Below are positions 31,678-41,577 of a DNA stretch of 64,000 nt, piece after piece. Numbering within the stretch: position 1 is the stretch's first letter; each line of letters starts with the position of its first letter. The DNA is from an uncultured Limnohabitans sp. (GTDB taxonomy: Bacteria > Pseudomonadota > Gammaproteobacteria > Burkholderiales > Burkholderiaceae_C), in NCBI GenBank assembly GCA_964556425.1, contig CAZKWC010000006.1, positions 2,622 to 66,621 on the forward strand. Direction: 5' to 3'. The notes beneath the pieces were generated by a model. It worked only from the letters and a program-made list of their open reading frames with translations, had not been told where the DNA came from and did no database searches. The translations under genes and the position numbers were made by a program.

Positions 31678-32265
31678 TTAACTAGTGTGGCGAGATAAAA
31701 TTTGGGCAATCACACGAGGATACAAAAGGTGTTCTTGGGTCAATACTCTGGCAGCTAATTTTTCGGCTGTATCACCTGGTAAAACTGGAACCATCGCTTG
31801 ATCAATAATACTGCCAGCATCAAGTTCCTCAATGACCCAGTGCACAGTAGCCCCGGCAAATTTACAACCCATTTGCAAAGCTCTTTCGTGGGTGTGCAGT
31901 CCAGTAAATGCCGGTAACAACGAGGGGTGAATATTAATGATTTTTTCTGGGTATTGTTGGGTAAATGCACCACTTAAAATTCGCATAAAACCAGCTAGCA
32001 CAATAAGGCTAGGTTGATAGATTTGAATCACCTTAGTTAATTCAGTTTCAAAATCAGTGCGATTGGGGTATTTTTTATGATCAACGACTTGAGTCTCAAT
32101 ACCAGCAGCTTTGGCAATACTTAAGCCTTTTGCATCTGGCCGATTTGCAATAACGGCCGTAATTTTAGCTTGATATTTTTGTTCCCAATTTTGTACTTGA
32201 GCAGCCTTAATAATGGCAGCCATATTGCTACCAGAGCCCGAAATTAAAATAACAATAGATTGCAT
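31678..32265 (-). CDS. purN: Phosphoribosylglycinamide formyltransferase
   Basis: 195 aa (ILISGSGSNMAAI, NIHPSLLPAFTG, ATVHWVIEELDAG). Confidence 0.93.
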   Translation of the reverse strand: MQSIVILISGSGSNMAAIIKAAQVQNWEQKYQAKITAVIANRPDAKGLSIAKAAGIETQVVDHKKYPNRTDFETELTKVIQIYQPSLIVLAGFMRILSGAFTQQYPEKIINIHPSLLPAFTGLHTHERALQMGCKFAGATVHWVIEELDAGSIIDQAMVPVLPGDTAEKLAARVLTQEHLLYPRVIAQILSRHTS

Positions 32266-32324
32266 ATAAAAAAGTCAAGACTAAAAAGTCTATAAAAAGA
32301 GAAAGTTTTTGGTTTATTAGTGAT

Positions 32325-32419
32325 TAAGCATACTGCTTAGGGCTTGTACCGCAAAACACTTAACCGCATGAGTGGTACGGGCTTGGATGGTCATTGATAG
32401 TCTATTTGACTGGTTTTTT
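32325..32419 (+). repeat. Conserved intergenic element, copy A
   Basis: The core AAAACACTTAACCGCATGAGTGGTACGGGCTTG (32353-32385) is 28/33 identical to 44936-44968. GGTTTTTT follows after exactly 26 nt in both copies, and weaker upstream similarity (CAT.CTGCT) extends the match. Confidence 0.7.
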
Positions 32420-32594
32420 CACTCATAATAATGAATATGAAAATTAAAATCTTGCTAAAACTGCATTCCTATTGGCACCATGCCTGTATGCCTTTGAGTT
32501 TTACGGCGGCTTCCAAAAGCTGTGGTTTAATTCTATTTAGTTTTGAATCCTAATTTTTAAACAATCACGGCTCACTACCAAGGAAGACTTTTAA

Positions 32595-33353
32595 ATGAAA
32601 ATATTAATTTCCAACGATGATGGTTACCAAGCAGAGGGTATTGTAGCCTTATATCACGCCATGCAAGCCTTAGGTGAGGTGGAGGTGATTGCTCCGGAGC
32701 TCAACAATAGTGCTAAATCCAACGCTTTAACTCTTTCTACCCCTCTTTCGGTTAGAACTGCAGCCAATGGTTTTCGATATGTGAATGGCACTCCCGCCGA
32801 TTGTGTGCATATTGCCTTAACAGGTTTATTAGGTTACAAGCCCGATCTTATTGTTTCAGGGATTAATAACGGGGCCAATATGGGGGACGATACCATTTAT
32901 TCGGGCACGGTAGGAGCTGCTATGGAAGGCTATTTAATGGGTATTCCTGCGATTGCTTTTTCTCAAGTTAAAAAAGGTTGGGAGCACCTAGACGCAGCGG
33001 CCCTTAGTGCGCAAAAATTAGTGGCCAATATTCGAGATGCCGGCATGATTCAAACTGCGCCTTGGTTGCTTAATGTGAATATTCCCAATTTACCCCTTGA
33101 GGAATTAAAACCCATCAAAGTGTGCCGATTAGGTCGTCGTCATTCAGCAGAACCCGTATTAAGTCAAGTCAATCCATTTGGCGAAACCATGTATTGGATT
33201 GGGGCTGCTGGGCCAGCCAAAGATGATGCCGATGGCACAGATTTTCATGCTACGATTCAAGGTCATATTTCAATTACGCCGCTCAAAGTAGATTTAACTG
33301 ACCACGATCAACTCCCTTTTTGGGGCCAGGCTGCACAAAAGCTAAAAGTCTAA
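32595..33353 (+). CDS. surE: 5'/3'-nucleotidase SurE
   Basis: 252 aa ([41 protein letters not shown]). Confidence 0.93.
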   Translation: MKILISNDDGYQAEGIVALYHAMQALGEVEVIAPELNNSAKSNALTLSTPLSVRTAANGFRYVNGTPADCVHIALTGLLGYKPDLIVSGINNGANMGDDTIYSGTVGAAMEGYLMGIPAIAFSQVKKGWEHLDAAALSAQKLVANIRDAGMIQTAPWLLNVNIPNLPLEELKPIKVCRLGRRHSAEPVLSQVNPFGETMYWIGAAGPAKDDADGTDFHATIQGHISITPLKVDLTDHDQLPFWGQAAQKLKV

Positions 33354-33483
33354 ATTCATCAACACCTAATAATTGTTAGTTGCTTGGTAGCTATTGCTGT
33401 CCCCATTTCGACACTAGCTTGAAAGTCTTTATGGTAAAAATCAAACATTGCGAATGTTTTGCATTTTTACCAGGAGTCTTTTT

Positions 33484-34683
33484 ATGGATTTGGCTTTTAC
33501 TGAAGAAGAACAATCGTTTAGACAAGAAGTGAGACAGTGGGTGAAAGAAAATCTACCCAGCTCAATTTCACACAAAGTGCATAATGCACTGCGCCTTACC
33601 CGAGATGATATGCAAACTTGGGCCAAAATTTTAGGTCAAAAAGGATGGCTCGGTTATGGTTGGCCACAGGAGTTTGGTGGTCCTGGCTGGAATGCCATAC
33701 AGCGTCATTTGTTTGAAGAGGAATGTGCTTTAGCGGGCGCCCCAAGAGTAGTTCCGTTTGGCCCCGTCATGGTGGCCCCTGTCATTATGGCTTTTGGTAA
33801 CCCCGAGCAACAACAACGTTTTTTACCTGGCATTGCCAGCGGAGAAGTTTGGTGGAGTCAGGGTTACAGCGAACCTGGTTCGGGCTCCGATTTAGCCTCA
33901 GTTAAAACCAAAGCCGAGCGTTTTGATGACCATTATTTAGTCAATGGTCAAAAAACTTGGACTACCTTGGGTCAGTATGGCGAATGGATTTTTTGTTTAG
34001 TTCGCACTAGCAATGAGGGCAAGCCACAAACCGGTATTAGCTTTTTATTAATCGACATGAAATCGCCTGGCGTGACGGTGCGTCCGATTGTCTTAATGGA
34101 TGGCGAGCCTGAAGTGAATGAAGTATTTTTTGATAATGTCAAAGTACCGCTTAACAACTTAATTGGTGAAGAAAACAAAGGTTGGACTTATGCCAAACAT
34201 TTGTTAAGCCATGAAAGAACCAATATTGCAGATGTGAATCGTGCGAAACGTGAACTAGAGCGTTTAAAACGAATTGTGAAAGCTGAAGGCCTTGATAAAG
34301 ACCATCGTTTCTTAGATGAGGTTGCCAAATTAGAAGTCGATATAGTGGCTCTAGAAATGATGGTGCTCCGTGTATTGTCGGCGCAAACATCAGGCAAAAA
34401 CTCACTTGATGTGGCAGGTTTACTAAAGATTAAAGGCAGTGAGATTCAGCAACGTTATAGCGAATTAATGATGCTTGCAGCAGGCCCCTTTGCCTTGCCT
34501 TGTATTGCAGAAGCGGTAGATGCAGGATGGCAGCCCGATCAATTGGGCGCTTTAGGATTTCCAGGCGGCAATATCCAAAATGCACCTTTAGCGGGTAATT
34601 ATTTTAATATGCGCAAAACCACCATTTACGGCGGCTCCAACGAAGTGCAACGCAATATTGTGGCGCAAACTGTTTTAGGTTAA
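33484..34683 (+). CDS. Acyl-CoA dehydrogenase (catalytic-type subunit)
   Basis: ATG 33484 follows AGGAG. It has the ACAD fold, and the C-terminal IYGGSNEVQRNI retains the catalytic Glu position. Confidence 0.88.
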   Translation: MDLAFTEEEQSFRQEVRQWVKENLPSSISHKVHNALRLTRDDMQTWAKILGQKGWLGYGWPQEFGGPGWNAIQRHLFEEECALAGAPRVVPFGPVMVAPVIMAFGNPEQQQRFLPGIASGEVWWSQGYSEPGSGSDLASVKTKAERFDDHYLVNGQKTWTTLGQYGEWIFCLVRTSNEGKPQTGISFLLIDMKSPGVTVRPIVLMDGEPEVNEVFFDNVKVPLNNLIGEENKGWTYAKHLLSHERTNIADVNRAKRELERLKRIVKAEGLDKDHRFLDEVAKLEVDIVALEMMVLRVLSAQTSGKNSLDVAGLLKIKGSEIQQRYSELMMLAAGPFALPCIAEAVDAGWQPDQLGALGFPGGNIQNAPLAGNYFNMRKTTIYGGSNEVQRNIVAQTVLG

Positions 34684-34787
34684 AGAGACTGTTAATCTTC
34701 ATTTGAAGATGCGACTTTTAATGTCGCTATGTATTTTTAACAAATATCTTTAGCTGTTATTTCTACCAAACAAGAAAGAGATTGAGT

Positions 34788-35903
34788 ATGGATTTCGATT
34801 TTTCAGACGAACAATTGCAGTTACGCGAAGCCGTAGGCCGTTGGGTGGAAAAAGCCTATACCTTTGACAAACGTCGAGCCATTGTCAAGGCTGGCGGTTT
34901 TGATGCACAAGCCTATCAAGAGTTAGCCCAATTGGGTTTAGTGGGGCTGGCTATCTCTGAAGAGCTTGGCGGTTTAGGCATGGGCGCGGTAGAGGCTATG
35001 CTAGTTTTAGAAGAATTGGGTAAGGGCTTAGTAATTGAACCAGTGGCAGCTAGTACTGTGGTGGGACAAGTTTTGTCACATTACGCCAGCCCTGAAATGC
35101 AAGCTCAGTTGTTACCCCAATTGGCTGGCGCAGAAAAATTAGCTGTCTTGGCGCATACCGAAAGATCAGCTCGTTATCAATTAGGTCGTTGTGAAACGAC
35201 TGCTGAGCCAACTGCCAACGCTTGGGTGCTGAATGGGCTTAAAAATATGGTTCCGTTTGCTTCATTTGCAGATGCTTTCCTAGTTCCTGCAACTATTAAT
35301 GGCACTATGGCATTGTTTTGGGTGGAGCGAGATCAAACAGGTGTCAGTACCAGCTCTTATTTAACGCAAGACGGTTCTGCAGCAGGTGATGTGGGCTTGA
35401 ATAATGCCAAGGCTCAGCTGATTACGGAAAATGGCTTGCAAGCTCTAGAGTGGGCGACAGATGTTGCTATTGCTGGTTTGTGTGCTCAAGCCGTGGGTGC
35501 AATGGATAAGGTACTCACCATTACTGGCGAATATCTTAATACTCGTAAACAATTTGGTGTTGCAATTAGTAGTTTTCAGGCCTTAAGGCATCGGTTTGCT
35601 GACATGAAAATGCAACTCGAATTGGCAAGGTCTATGAGTTATTACGCCACACTTAAATTATCGGCCAATGCGAGTGAGCGAAAAATGGCCTGTGCTAGGG
35701 CCAAATATCAGTTGGGTGTATCGATGCGGTATGTAGGCCAGCAAGCAGTGCAATTGCATGGTGGTATTGCCATGACCGATGAATACATCATTAGTCATTA
35801 TTTTAAACGCCTCACACAAATTGAAATGACCATGGGCGATAGCATGCATCATTTAGCCTATATTTCTGATAATTTACAAGAAACAGCCGGTGTGTTTGTT
35901 TAA
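34788..35903 (+). CDS. Acyl-CoA dehydrogenase family protein (lacks the canonical catalytic Glu)
   Basis: ATG 34788. It has the ACAD fold (QLHGGIAMTDEY), but the equivalent C-terminal motif reads TMGDSMHHL, with Met where the Glu would be. Confidence 0.82.
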   Translation: MDFDFSDEQLQLREAVGRWVEKAYTFDKRRAIVKAGGFDAQAYQELAQLGLVGLAISEELGGLGMGAVEAMLVLEELGKGLVIEPVAASTVVGQVLSHYASPEMQAQLLPQLAGAEKLAVLAHTERSARYQLGRCETTAEPTANAWVLNGLKNMVPFASFADAFLVPATINGTMALFWVERDQTGVSTSSYLTQDGSAAGDVGLNNAKAQLITENGLQALEWATDVAIAGLCAQAVGAMDKVLTITGEYLNTRKQFGVAISSFQALRHRFADMKMQLELARSMSYYATLKLSANASERKMACARAKYQLGVSMRYVGQQAVQLHGGIAMTDEYIISHYFKRLTQIEMTMGDSMHHLAYISDNLQETAGVFV

Positions 35904-36029
35904 CTTAGAAACGGCCGTTTCTAGGTTTTAATTGAACGATGCCTATGGCAACTATAATGCCTGCCTTTAGCGCTGACTAAATATTAGGTTTTTGTAGTTC
36001 TCTATTGAAGGCATAAAGCCATTTTGCAT

Positions 36030-36065
36030 AAAAAAAGGAATTCAAATTGTTGAATTCCTTTTTTA
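36030..36065. terminator. Bidirectional terminator between the ACAD gene and rhlE
   Basis: Stem AAGGAATTCAA/TTGAATTCCTT is flanked by an A-run and a T-run. Confidence 0.8.
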
Positions 36066-36129
36066 TTGCTTGCTTATTCAACTAAGAATAAGCAATGAGT
36101 ACACGTAACGTTTAGAGGCCAGCGTGCGA

Positions 36130-38364
36130 TTAACGGTTGTAACCACCGCTATTAGGATTGCGCGGACGACCACGACCACCTGCACCACCAAAATTACCAC
36201 CGCCATTACCACCACCAAAGTTGCCGCCACTGCGAGGAGCACGTGGAGCAGAATTCATACTCATACGTGGACCACGTTCTGCATAAGCATCAACGGTGGT
36301 ACGCAATGGATTAGGTTGACCATCAATGGCACGTTTGGCAGGCACATGGCGCGCTTTGGTGTTAAGGCCTAAACCAGGATTGTGGTTAATGTGACGTGGT
36401 TGATAGTCATCATCACGGGCTTCGGGTGGGCGACGACCTGTAAATTGTGACTGACCAAAACCTTGACGTGAGTTTTCAGGGCGTTGTGTGCTAAATCTAG
36501 AACCCGGCCTATTACCTGCAAAGTTGGTTCTTGTGTCTTGACGGTTGTCAGAACGGTTATCGGGAGAACGATGCTCGAAACGATTGTCGTTAGAGCGATT
36601 GTCAAAACGACCTTCAGGGGAGCGGTTATCAAATCGGTTATCGGTGCGATTATCTTGACGATTTTCGTTGCGGTAATCGGGGCGCGCTTCGTGAGAAGGG
36701 TTATTAGCTGCATGGGCTGCATAAGCAGAACCATGAAATTGTTCTGAAGGGGCTTGTTCACCACCATTAAAACCAGTGTTACCAGCGGCATTTGGATTGG
36801 TGTTATTAACACGTGGTCCGGTGTTGCGTCTTAAGCCAGCACGACGGGCTTCGCCGTAAATGCCACGTGGAGTACGTGGCTCGTAAGGACGGCCATCACG
36901 ACCTTCACGAGGTTGACGTGGACCACGTGGTGCCATTGCTTCGCCATTGCTATCTAACAGCACAGCTGCTGGCGCTGAATTTTGTTGTATAGGAGCACGG
37001 TTTTGGTAAGGGGCACGGAAGTTGCCTCCGTTGCCTTGAGCATTTGCACTACCAGCTTGGCCACGGGCAGGTTTACCTTGATTTTTTTCACGAACACGTT
37101 GTAACATTTCGGTGCGAGCTGCTTTAGCGGCTGCCATCATAACGTCACGGCTAGGCGGTTTACCTAGGCCACCCCATAGGGTTTGCCTACCCATAGCGAT
37201 AGGTTCAGCTCTTTCATCGGCATCGGGTTCAAAACCTTCAATGATTTTGACTGGAATACTTTGTTTGGTGAATTGTTCAATTTCTTGCATAAAACCTTGT
37301 TCGTCTAGGCAAACCAAATTAACAGCCTCGCCTGTAGAACCAGCGCGACCTGTACGACCAATACGGTGGACGTAATCTTCAGTGACGTTTGGAATATCGT
37401 AGTTGACTACATGTGGTAATTCGTCAATGTCAATACCACGAGCTGCGATATCGGTGGCAACTAAAACACGGATGTCGCCATTTTTAAAACCTTCAAGGGC
37501 TTGAGTGCGGGCACTTTGGCTTTTGTTGCCATGCAGGGCCATTGCAGTAATACCACTTTTTGCCAGTGCTTCAGCGACATGATTGGCGCCAAATTTAGTA
37601 CGGGTAAAAACGAGTACCTGGCTCCAGTTGTTTTGCTCGATGAGGTGGGCTAATAAAGCTTTTTTCTTAGCGCGGCCTACAGTAATGACCACTTGAGCAA
37701 TACGCTCAACGGTAGTGTTACGTGGGGTCACTTGAATTTGAAGTGGTTCACGTAACAAGCTGTTGGCGAGGTCACGGATTTCATCACTAAAAGTGGCCGA
37801 GAATAATAAACTTTGTTTTTGGCTAGGTAATAAAGCCAATACTTTTTTCACATCGTGAATAAAGCCCATATCAAGCATACGGTCGGCTTCATCTAAAACC
37901 AAAACCTGAACTTGACTTAAATCGACAGCACCTTGTTGTTGCAAGTCGAGTAAGCGACCAGGCGTGGCGACTAAAATATCGACACCTTGGCGTAGTTGTT
38001 TAATTTGGGGGTTGGCACCTACACCACCAAAAACAACGGTAGAAGTAAGTTGTAGATATTTGCCATAGGTAACGACTGACTCTTGTACTTGAGCAGCTAG
38101 CTCACGGGTGGGAGTAAGTACCAAGGCACGAATACCTAAGCCGTTAAAACGACTAACAGCACTGCGACTCATGGTGAGCTGATGTAATAAAGGGAGAGTA
38201 AACGCGGCTGTTTTACCAGTTCCGGTTTGGGCTCCGCCGAGTACATCGCGACCTTGCATAATGGCAGGAATAGCTTGTGCTTGAATAGGAGTTGGCGATT
38301 CATAGCCTTGCTCACGCACAGCTTTTAAAATAGCTGGGGCTAATTGGAGTTCTTCAAAATTCAT
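36130..38364 (-). CDS. rhlE: DEAD-box ATP-dependent RNA helicase RhlE with a ~364 aa disordered C-terminal extension
   Basis: The core spans residues 1-380, with a Q-motif, [19 protein letters not shown] and [10 protein letters not shown]. The tail is rich in R/N/G/P/D, with DNR repeats and a terminal [21 protein letters not shown]. Confidence 0.92.
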   Translation of the reverse strand: MNFEELQLAPAILKAVREQGYESPTPIQAQAIPAIMQGRDVLGGAQTGTGKTAAFTLPLLHQLTMSRSAVSRFNGLGIRALVLTPTRELAAQVQESVVTYGKYLQLTSTVVFGGVGANPQIKQLRQGVDILVATPGRLLDLQQQGAVDLSQVQVLVLDEADRMLDMGFIHDVKKVLALLPSQKQSLLFSATFSDEIRDLANSLLREPLQIQVTPRNTTVERIAQVVITVGRAKKKALLAHLIEQNNWSQVLVFTRTKFGANHVAEALAKSGITAMALHGNKSQSARTQALEGFKNGDIRVLVATDIAARGIDIDELPHVVNYDIPNVTEDYVHRIGRTGRAGSTGEAVNLVCLDEQGFMQEIEQFTKQSIPVKIIEGFEPDADERAEPIAMGRQTLWGGLGKPPSRDVMMAAAKAARTEMLQRVREKNQGKPARGQAGSANAQGNGGNFRAPYQNRAPIQQNSAPAAVLLDSNGEAMAPRGPRQPREGRDGRPYEPRTPRGIYGEARRAGLRRNTGPRVNNTNPNAAGNTGFNGGEQAPSEQFHGSAYAAHAANNPSHEARPDYRNENRQDNRTDNRFDNRSPEGRFDNRSNDNRFEHRSPDNRSDNRQDTRTNFAGNRPGSRFSTQRPENSRQGFGQSQFTGRRPPEARDDDYQPRHINHNPGLGLNTKARHVPAKRAIDGQPNPLRTTVDAYAERGPRMSMNSAPRAPRSGGNFGGGNGGGNFGGAGGRGRPRNPNSGGYNR

Positions 38365-38583
38365 GATGGAAGCGCTTTAGTGTTTGCGCCTAAAACCGAC
38401 CTGTCTCGAAGCCGTGTGTTGGACAATTCGAACCAGTCAAAGGTCAGTGGAACCAAGGGTATGCAGAGCATGGCAAAACGTGAGTGGATTGCATCAGCCT
38501 GCACTTAGCTGATAGTGCGTCACTGGAGCACACTACAGCCTGTATTGTCGCATAAAAATTCAACTCTGTGTATATTAATCAAA

Positions 38584-39369
38584 TTATTTATTTTGGGGTT
38601 CAATTAATGAGATTCTGCTTAAACCCTGCTTTGTTAAGCTTAACACTTCAGCCCTAGGAATAGGATGATCGACTTCCCAGTCAGATAAAACCCAGCGCGA
38701 CATTTCAAGGTTTAAGCTGTCTTCTTGAGGCTTGTGAGTATGGCCATGAATCAAACAATTGCTACCATGTTGATTTAACCAATCAATTGCAAGATTATGA
38801 TTAATATCAAGATTATTGTAAAAGTTGGAGTCTTTCGAGGGCTCGGTTGTAGTGCTTAATTTATCGGCTTTAATTTTATCGGCCATTTGCCGCCTAGTAG
38901 CCAAGGGCTGAGCTAAGACTGCAGTTTGCCAAATAGGACTTCTGACGACCGATCTAAGTTGCATGTAATCGGTATCTGAGGTGCATAAAGCATCGCCATG
39001 ACTTAATAAATAATGATCGCCAAAAGCAGACAGCTTACATGGGTCGTCGAGCTGTTGAATGCCGGTAAAGTCAAAAAATGCTTGTTTGGTTAAAAAATCG
39101 CGGTTGCCATGCAACATAAAAAGGGGTTTTTGAAGGCTACATTGAGCCAAAGCCAAGGCACAATTGCGCTCGAAACCCGTTTCTAAAATCGCATCATCAC
39201 CTACCCAAGCTTCAAATAAATCACCCAAAATAAAAATGGCATCCGCCTTATTATTTTGTAAATATTGGAGCCAAACGAAATAAGTGTCAGGGTGCTGTTC
39301 TGATAAATGTATATCAGAAATAAAATCAATTTGATTCCAGCTAGGCAGGGCAAGGATTGAGTTTTTCAC
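38584..39369 (-). CDS. lpxH: UDP-2,3-diacylglucosamine diphosphatase
   Basis: 261 aa with metallophosphoesterase motifs (SDIHLS, LGDLFEAWVGDD, HGNRDFL, GHTH). Confidence 0.9.
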   Translation of the reverse strand: MKNSILALPSWNQIDFISDIHLSEQHPDTYFVWLQYLQNNKADAIFILGDLFEAWVGDDAILETGFERNCALALAQCSLQKPLFMLHGNRDFLTKQAFFDFTGIQQLDDPCKLSAFGDHYLLSHGDALCTSDTDYMQLRSVVRSPIWQTAVLAQPLATRRQMADKIKADKLSTTTEPSKDSNFYNNLDINHNLAIDWLNQHGSNCLIHGHTHKPQEDSLNLEMSRWVLSDWEVDHPIPRAEVLSLTKQGLSRISLIEPQNK

Positions 39370-39585
39370 AATAAGAAAACCTTGGTGAGCTCAAACAATT
39401 GAGTTAAGTTGAGGTGATAAAAAAGCGCTTATGTCTTAATTTTAATCGTATCAATAAAAAGCTTTTTTTCTTCAAGTCAAAAGGTGGAGCGACGTTATTA
39501 GCAATGAAATGACTCGAAGTTTTTAGTAAAGCAAAAGTGCAGATAATGTATAAAATGCTTATGAATAAAAGAGCTAGCTATAGAC

Positions 39586-39610
39586 AAAAAAAGCCAACAA
39601 AGTTGGCTTT
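39586..39610 (-). terminator. Rho-independent terminator after ppiB
   Basis: On the minus strand, stem AAGCCAAC/GTTGGCTT is followed by TTTTTTT. A second perfect 11-bp hairpin lies at 39616-39647. Confidence 0.75.
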
Positions 39611-39677
39611 TAGAACCTTGGCAAATAACTTTAGTAATTTGCCAAGGTGGTCTTAACTATAGAGTGAACTTATTGAA

Positions 39678-40184
39678 TTAAAGTGCCACTGCTTTTTCAA
39701 TAATGACATCTTCTTTTGGTACATCGGCATGGTAGCCACTATTGCCTGTTTTAACAGCTGCAATTTTGTCCACAATTTCGGTACCAGCAGTCACTTTACC
39801 AAAAACTGCATAACCCCAGCCACGCTCAGAAATAGCAGTGTGGTTTAAAAAACCATTGTCTGCTACATTAATAAAAAATTGTGCGGTAGCCGAGTGTGGA
39901 TCGTTGGTACGAGCCATTGCCAAAGTGTAATGTTTGTTTTTTAAACCGTTATTAGCTTCATTGCTAATAGGGGCTAGGGTTTCTTTTTGTTTCATGCCAG
40001 AAACAAAACCACCACCTTGGATCATAAATCCAGGAATAACACGGTGAAAAATCGTGTTACTGTAGTGGCCATTATTCACATAGGCTAAAAAATTAGCGGT
40101 TGATTTTGGTGCATTAACAGCATCGAGTTCGATGGTAATAACGCCGTGGTTTTTAATGTGTAATTCAACTAATGGATTGCTCAT
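39678..40184 (-). CDS. ppiB: Peptidyl-prolyl cis-trans isomerase B (cytoplasmic cyclophilin)
   Basis: 168 aa with a cyclophilin fold ([33 protein letters not shown]) and no signal peptide. Confidence 0.92.
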   Translation of the reverse strand: MSNPLVELHIKNHGVITIELDAVNAPKSTANFLAYVNNGHYSNTIFHRVIPGFMIQGGGFVSGMKQKETLAPISNEANNGLKNKHYTLAMARTNDPHSATAQFFINVADNGFLNHTAISERGWGYAVFGKVTAGTEIVDKIAAVKTGNSGYHADVPKEDVIIEKAVAL

Positions 40185-40188
40185 GATT

Positions 40189-40869
40189 TTAAGGAAGCGT
40201 TACCGCTTTTTCTATAATAATGGGGGTTTTTGGAACATCCGAACTGAATGGGCCACTGGCCCCAGTTGGAACTTTTTTAATTTTATTCACCACATCCATA
40301 CCACTAGTGACTTTACCAAAAACGGTATAACCAAAAAGCGCAGGATGGTTGATTAAATTTTCCCTGGGCACATTGTTATATGTTTGCCCTTGGTAGGTGA
40401 ATTTTGCCACAGGGTCACCATCTGGAATGATGGTGGGGTCTAAAAAAGCATTATCTTTTACATTAATAAAAAATTGTGAAGAAGCCGAGTGTGGGGCTTG
40501 GGTTCTAGCCATGGCCAAAGTGCCTACTAAATTTTTGGGTCCACCTTTGGCTAAAGCAGCTTGGCCCTCATGTTCTATGGGGGCACGAGTAGGGCGTTCT
40601 TGTAGTTTGGCATCATAACCACCAGCCTGAATCATAAAATCATCAATTACTCTATGAAAAACAAGGCCATCGTAATGCTTATCTTTGACGTATTGCAAAA
40701 AATTGGCTACGGTTTTGGGGGCTTTTTCTGGATATAACTCCACCACAAAATCACCAATATTAGTAGTAAATTTTACTTTTGGTAATTTGCTTTCGGCTAA
40801 TGCAGAAAAAGAAGTGAGGGCCCCTAAGGCAGCCAAAGTCAAAATTGGTAAAAATTGTCTTTTATTCAT
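40189..40869 (-). CDS. ppiA: Peptidyl-prolyl cis-trans isomerase A (periplasmic cyclophilin)
   Basis: ATG 40869 ([25 protein letters not shown] signal peptide), followed by a cyclophilin fold ([14 protein letters not shown]). Confidence 0.9.
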   Translation of the reverse strand: MNKRQFLPILTLAALGALTSFSALAESKLPKVKFTTNIGDFVVELYPEKAPKTVANFLQYVKDKHYDGLVFHRVIDDFMIQAGGYDAKLQERPTRAPIEHEGQAALAKGGPKNLVGTLAMARTQAPHSASSQFFINVKDNAFLDPTIIPDGDPVAKFTYQGQTYNNVPRENLINHPALFGYTVFGKVTSGMDVVNKIKKVPTGASGPFSSDVPKTPIIIEKAVTLP

Positions 40870-41046
40870 AAACAAAGTAGTTAAAAGGGCATAAAGGGTG
40901 AAAAAATCGAAATGATTAATAGTCTGGAAAAAACCAAATCAAATAACCCAAAAACAAATAAATTAACATCTAACTATAAGATGGTTGTAACATAATTTAT
41001 TGTTTTTAACGACAATTAACTTCATTTTAGATGTATTTGCAACGTT

Positions 41047-41577
41047 TTACTTAGTAGGTAATTGAATTACCGATTCAGTTCGAAGTAATTTAGCTTTTAA
41101 ACTAGAACTATTAATACCCAATTTTTGAGCATTTTTGTAAGAGGCAGTAGCCAGTTGAATATAAATGTCGCCTAAATTTTCATGAGCAACTGCGTAGCCG
41201 GGATTATTTCTAATTGCCGACTCCAATGCCACTTTTGATAATTCTGGTTGACCTTTTAAGTTGTATAAAACAGCAACATTATTATAGGGTTCTGGTAATT
41301 CGGGAAAATCTCGCATTAAGCCAGTGTAAATTTCTATGGCTTCGTTGGTTTTATTTTGCTCGGTTAAGATAACTGCCTTTAAAAAACGCATTTGTGGATC
41401 GCTTGGTTTTTCTGTTAAAACCTTATTAGCAATAGCTAAAGCTTCGGTTTTTTTACCAGCGTTATAGAGTTTTTCTGCATTAGCTAGTGGGGTATTTTGG
41501 GCATAACTTATGCTGCCTAAACAATTACCTAACACCAATAATGTGCTCAATAATAAAAATTTGGTTTGTTTTTTCAT
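41047..41577 (-). CDS. Exported tetratricopeptide-repeat protein
   Basis: 176 aa with a signal peptide (…GSISYAQ) and about three TPR units. Confidence 0.7.
   Translation of the reverse strand: MKKQTKFLLLSTLLVLGNCLGSISYAQNTPLANAEKLYNAGKKTEALAIANKVLTEKPSDPQMRFLKAVILTEQNKTNEAIEIYTGLMRDFPELPEPYNNVAVLYNLKGQPELSKVALESAIRNNPGYAVAHENLGDIYIQLATASYKNAQKLGINSSSLKAKLLRTESVIQLPTK

Noticed and set aside
32373-32386. Reading the conserved TGGTACGGGCTTGG / TGGCATGGGCTTGT segment of the intergenic element as a sigma-54 (-24 GG / -12 GC) promoter.
   Set aside because: The spacing between the GG and the TTG(C) element is one nucleotide short, and the -12 GC is not conserved (TTGG and TTGT).
32340-32395. Small peptides encoded by the conserved intergenic element (e.g. 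KTLNRMSGTGL vs KTLNRMHGMGL, or minus-strand QARTTHAVKCF vs QAHAMHAVKRF).
   Set aside because: Differences between the two copies are mostly non-synonymous. Start codons and RBS are not shared, and reading frames end at different places. Conservation is at the nucleotide level.
36124-36812. ORFs 36124-36372 (+), 36369-36812 (-) and 36484-36747 (+) overlapping the rhlE tail.
   Set aside because: Their low-complexity translations (poly-Thr, and Val/Ile/Thr-rich) derive from the repeat-rich tail-coding DNA. The rhlE frame is continuous with a bona fide helicase core.
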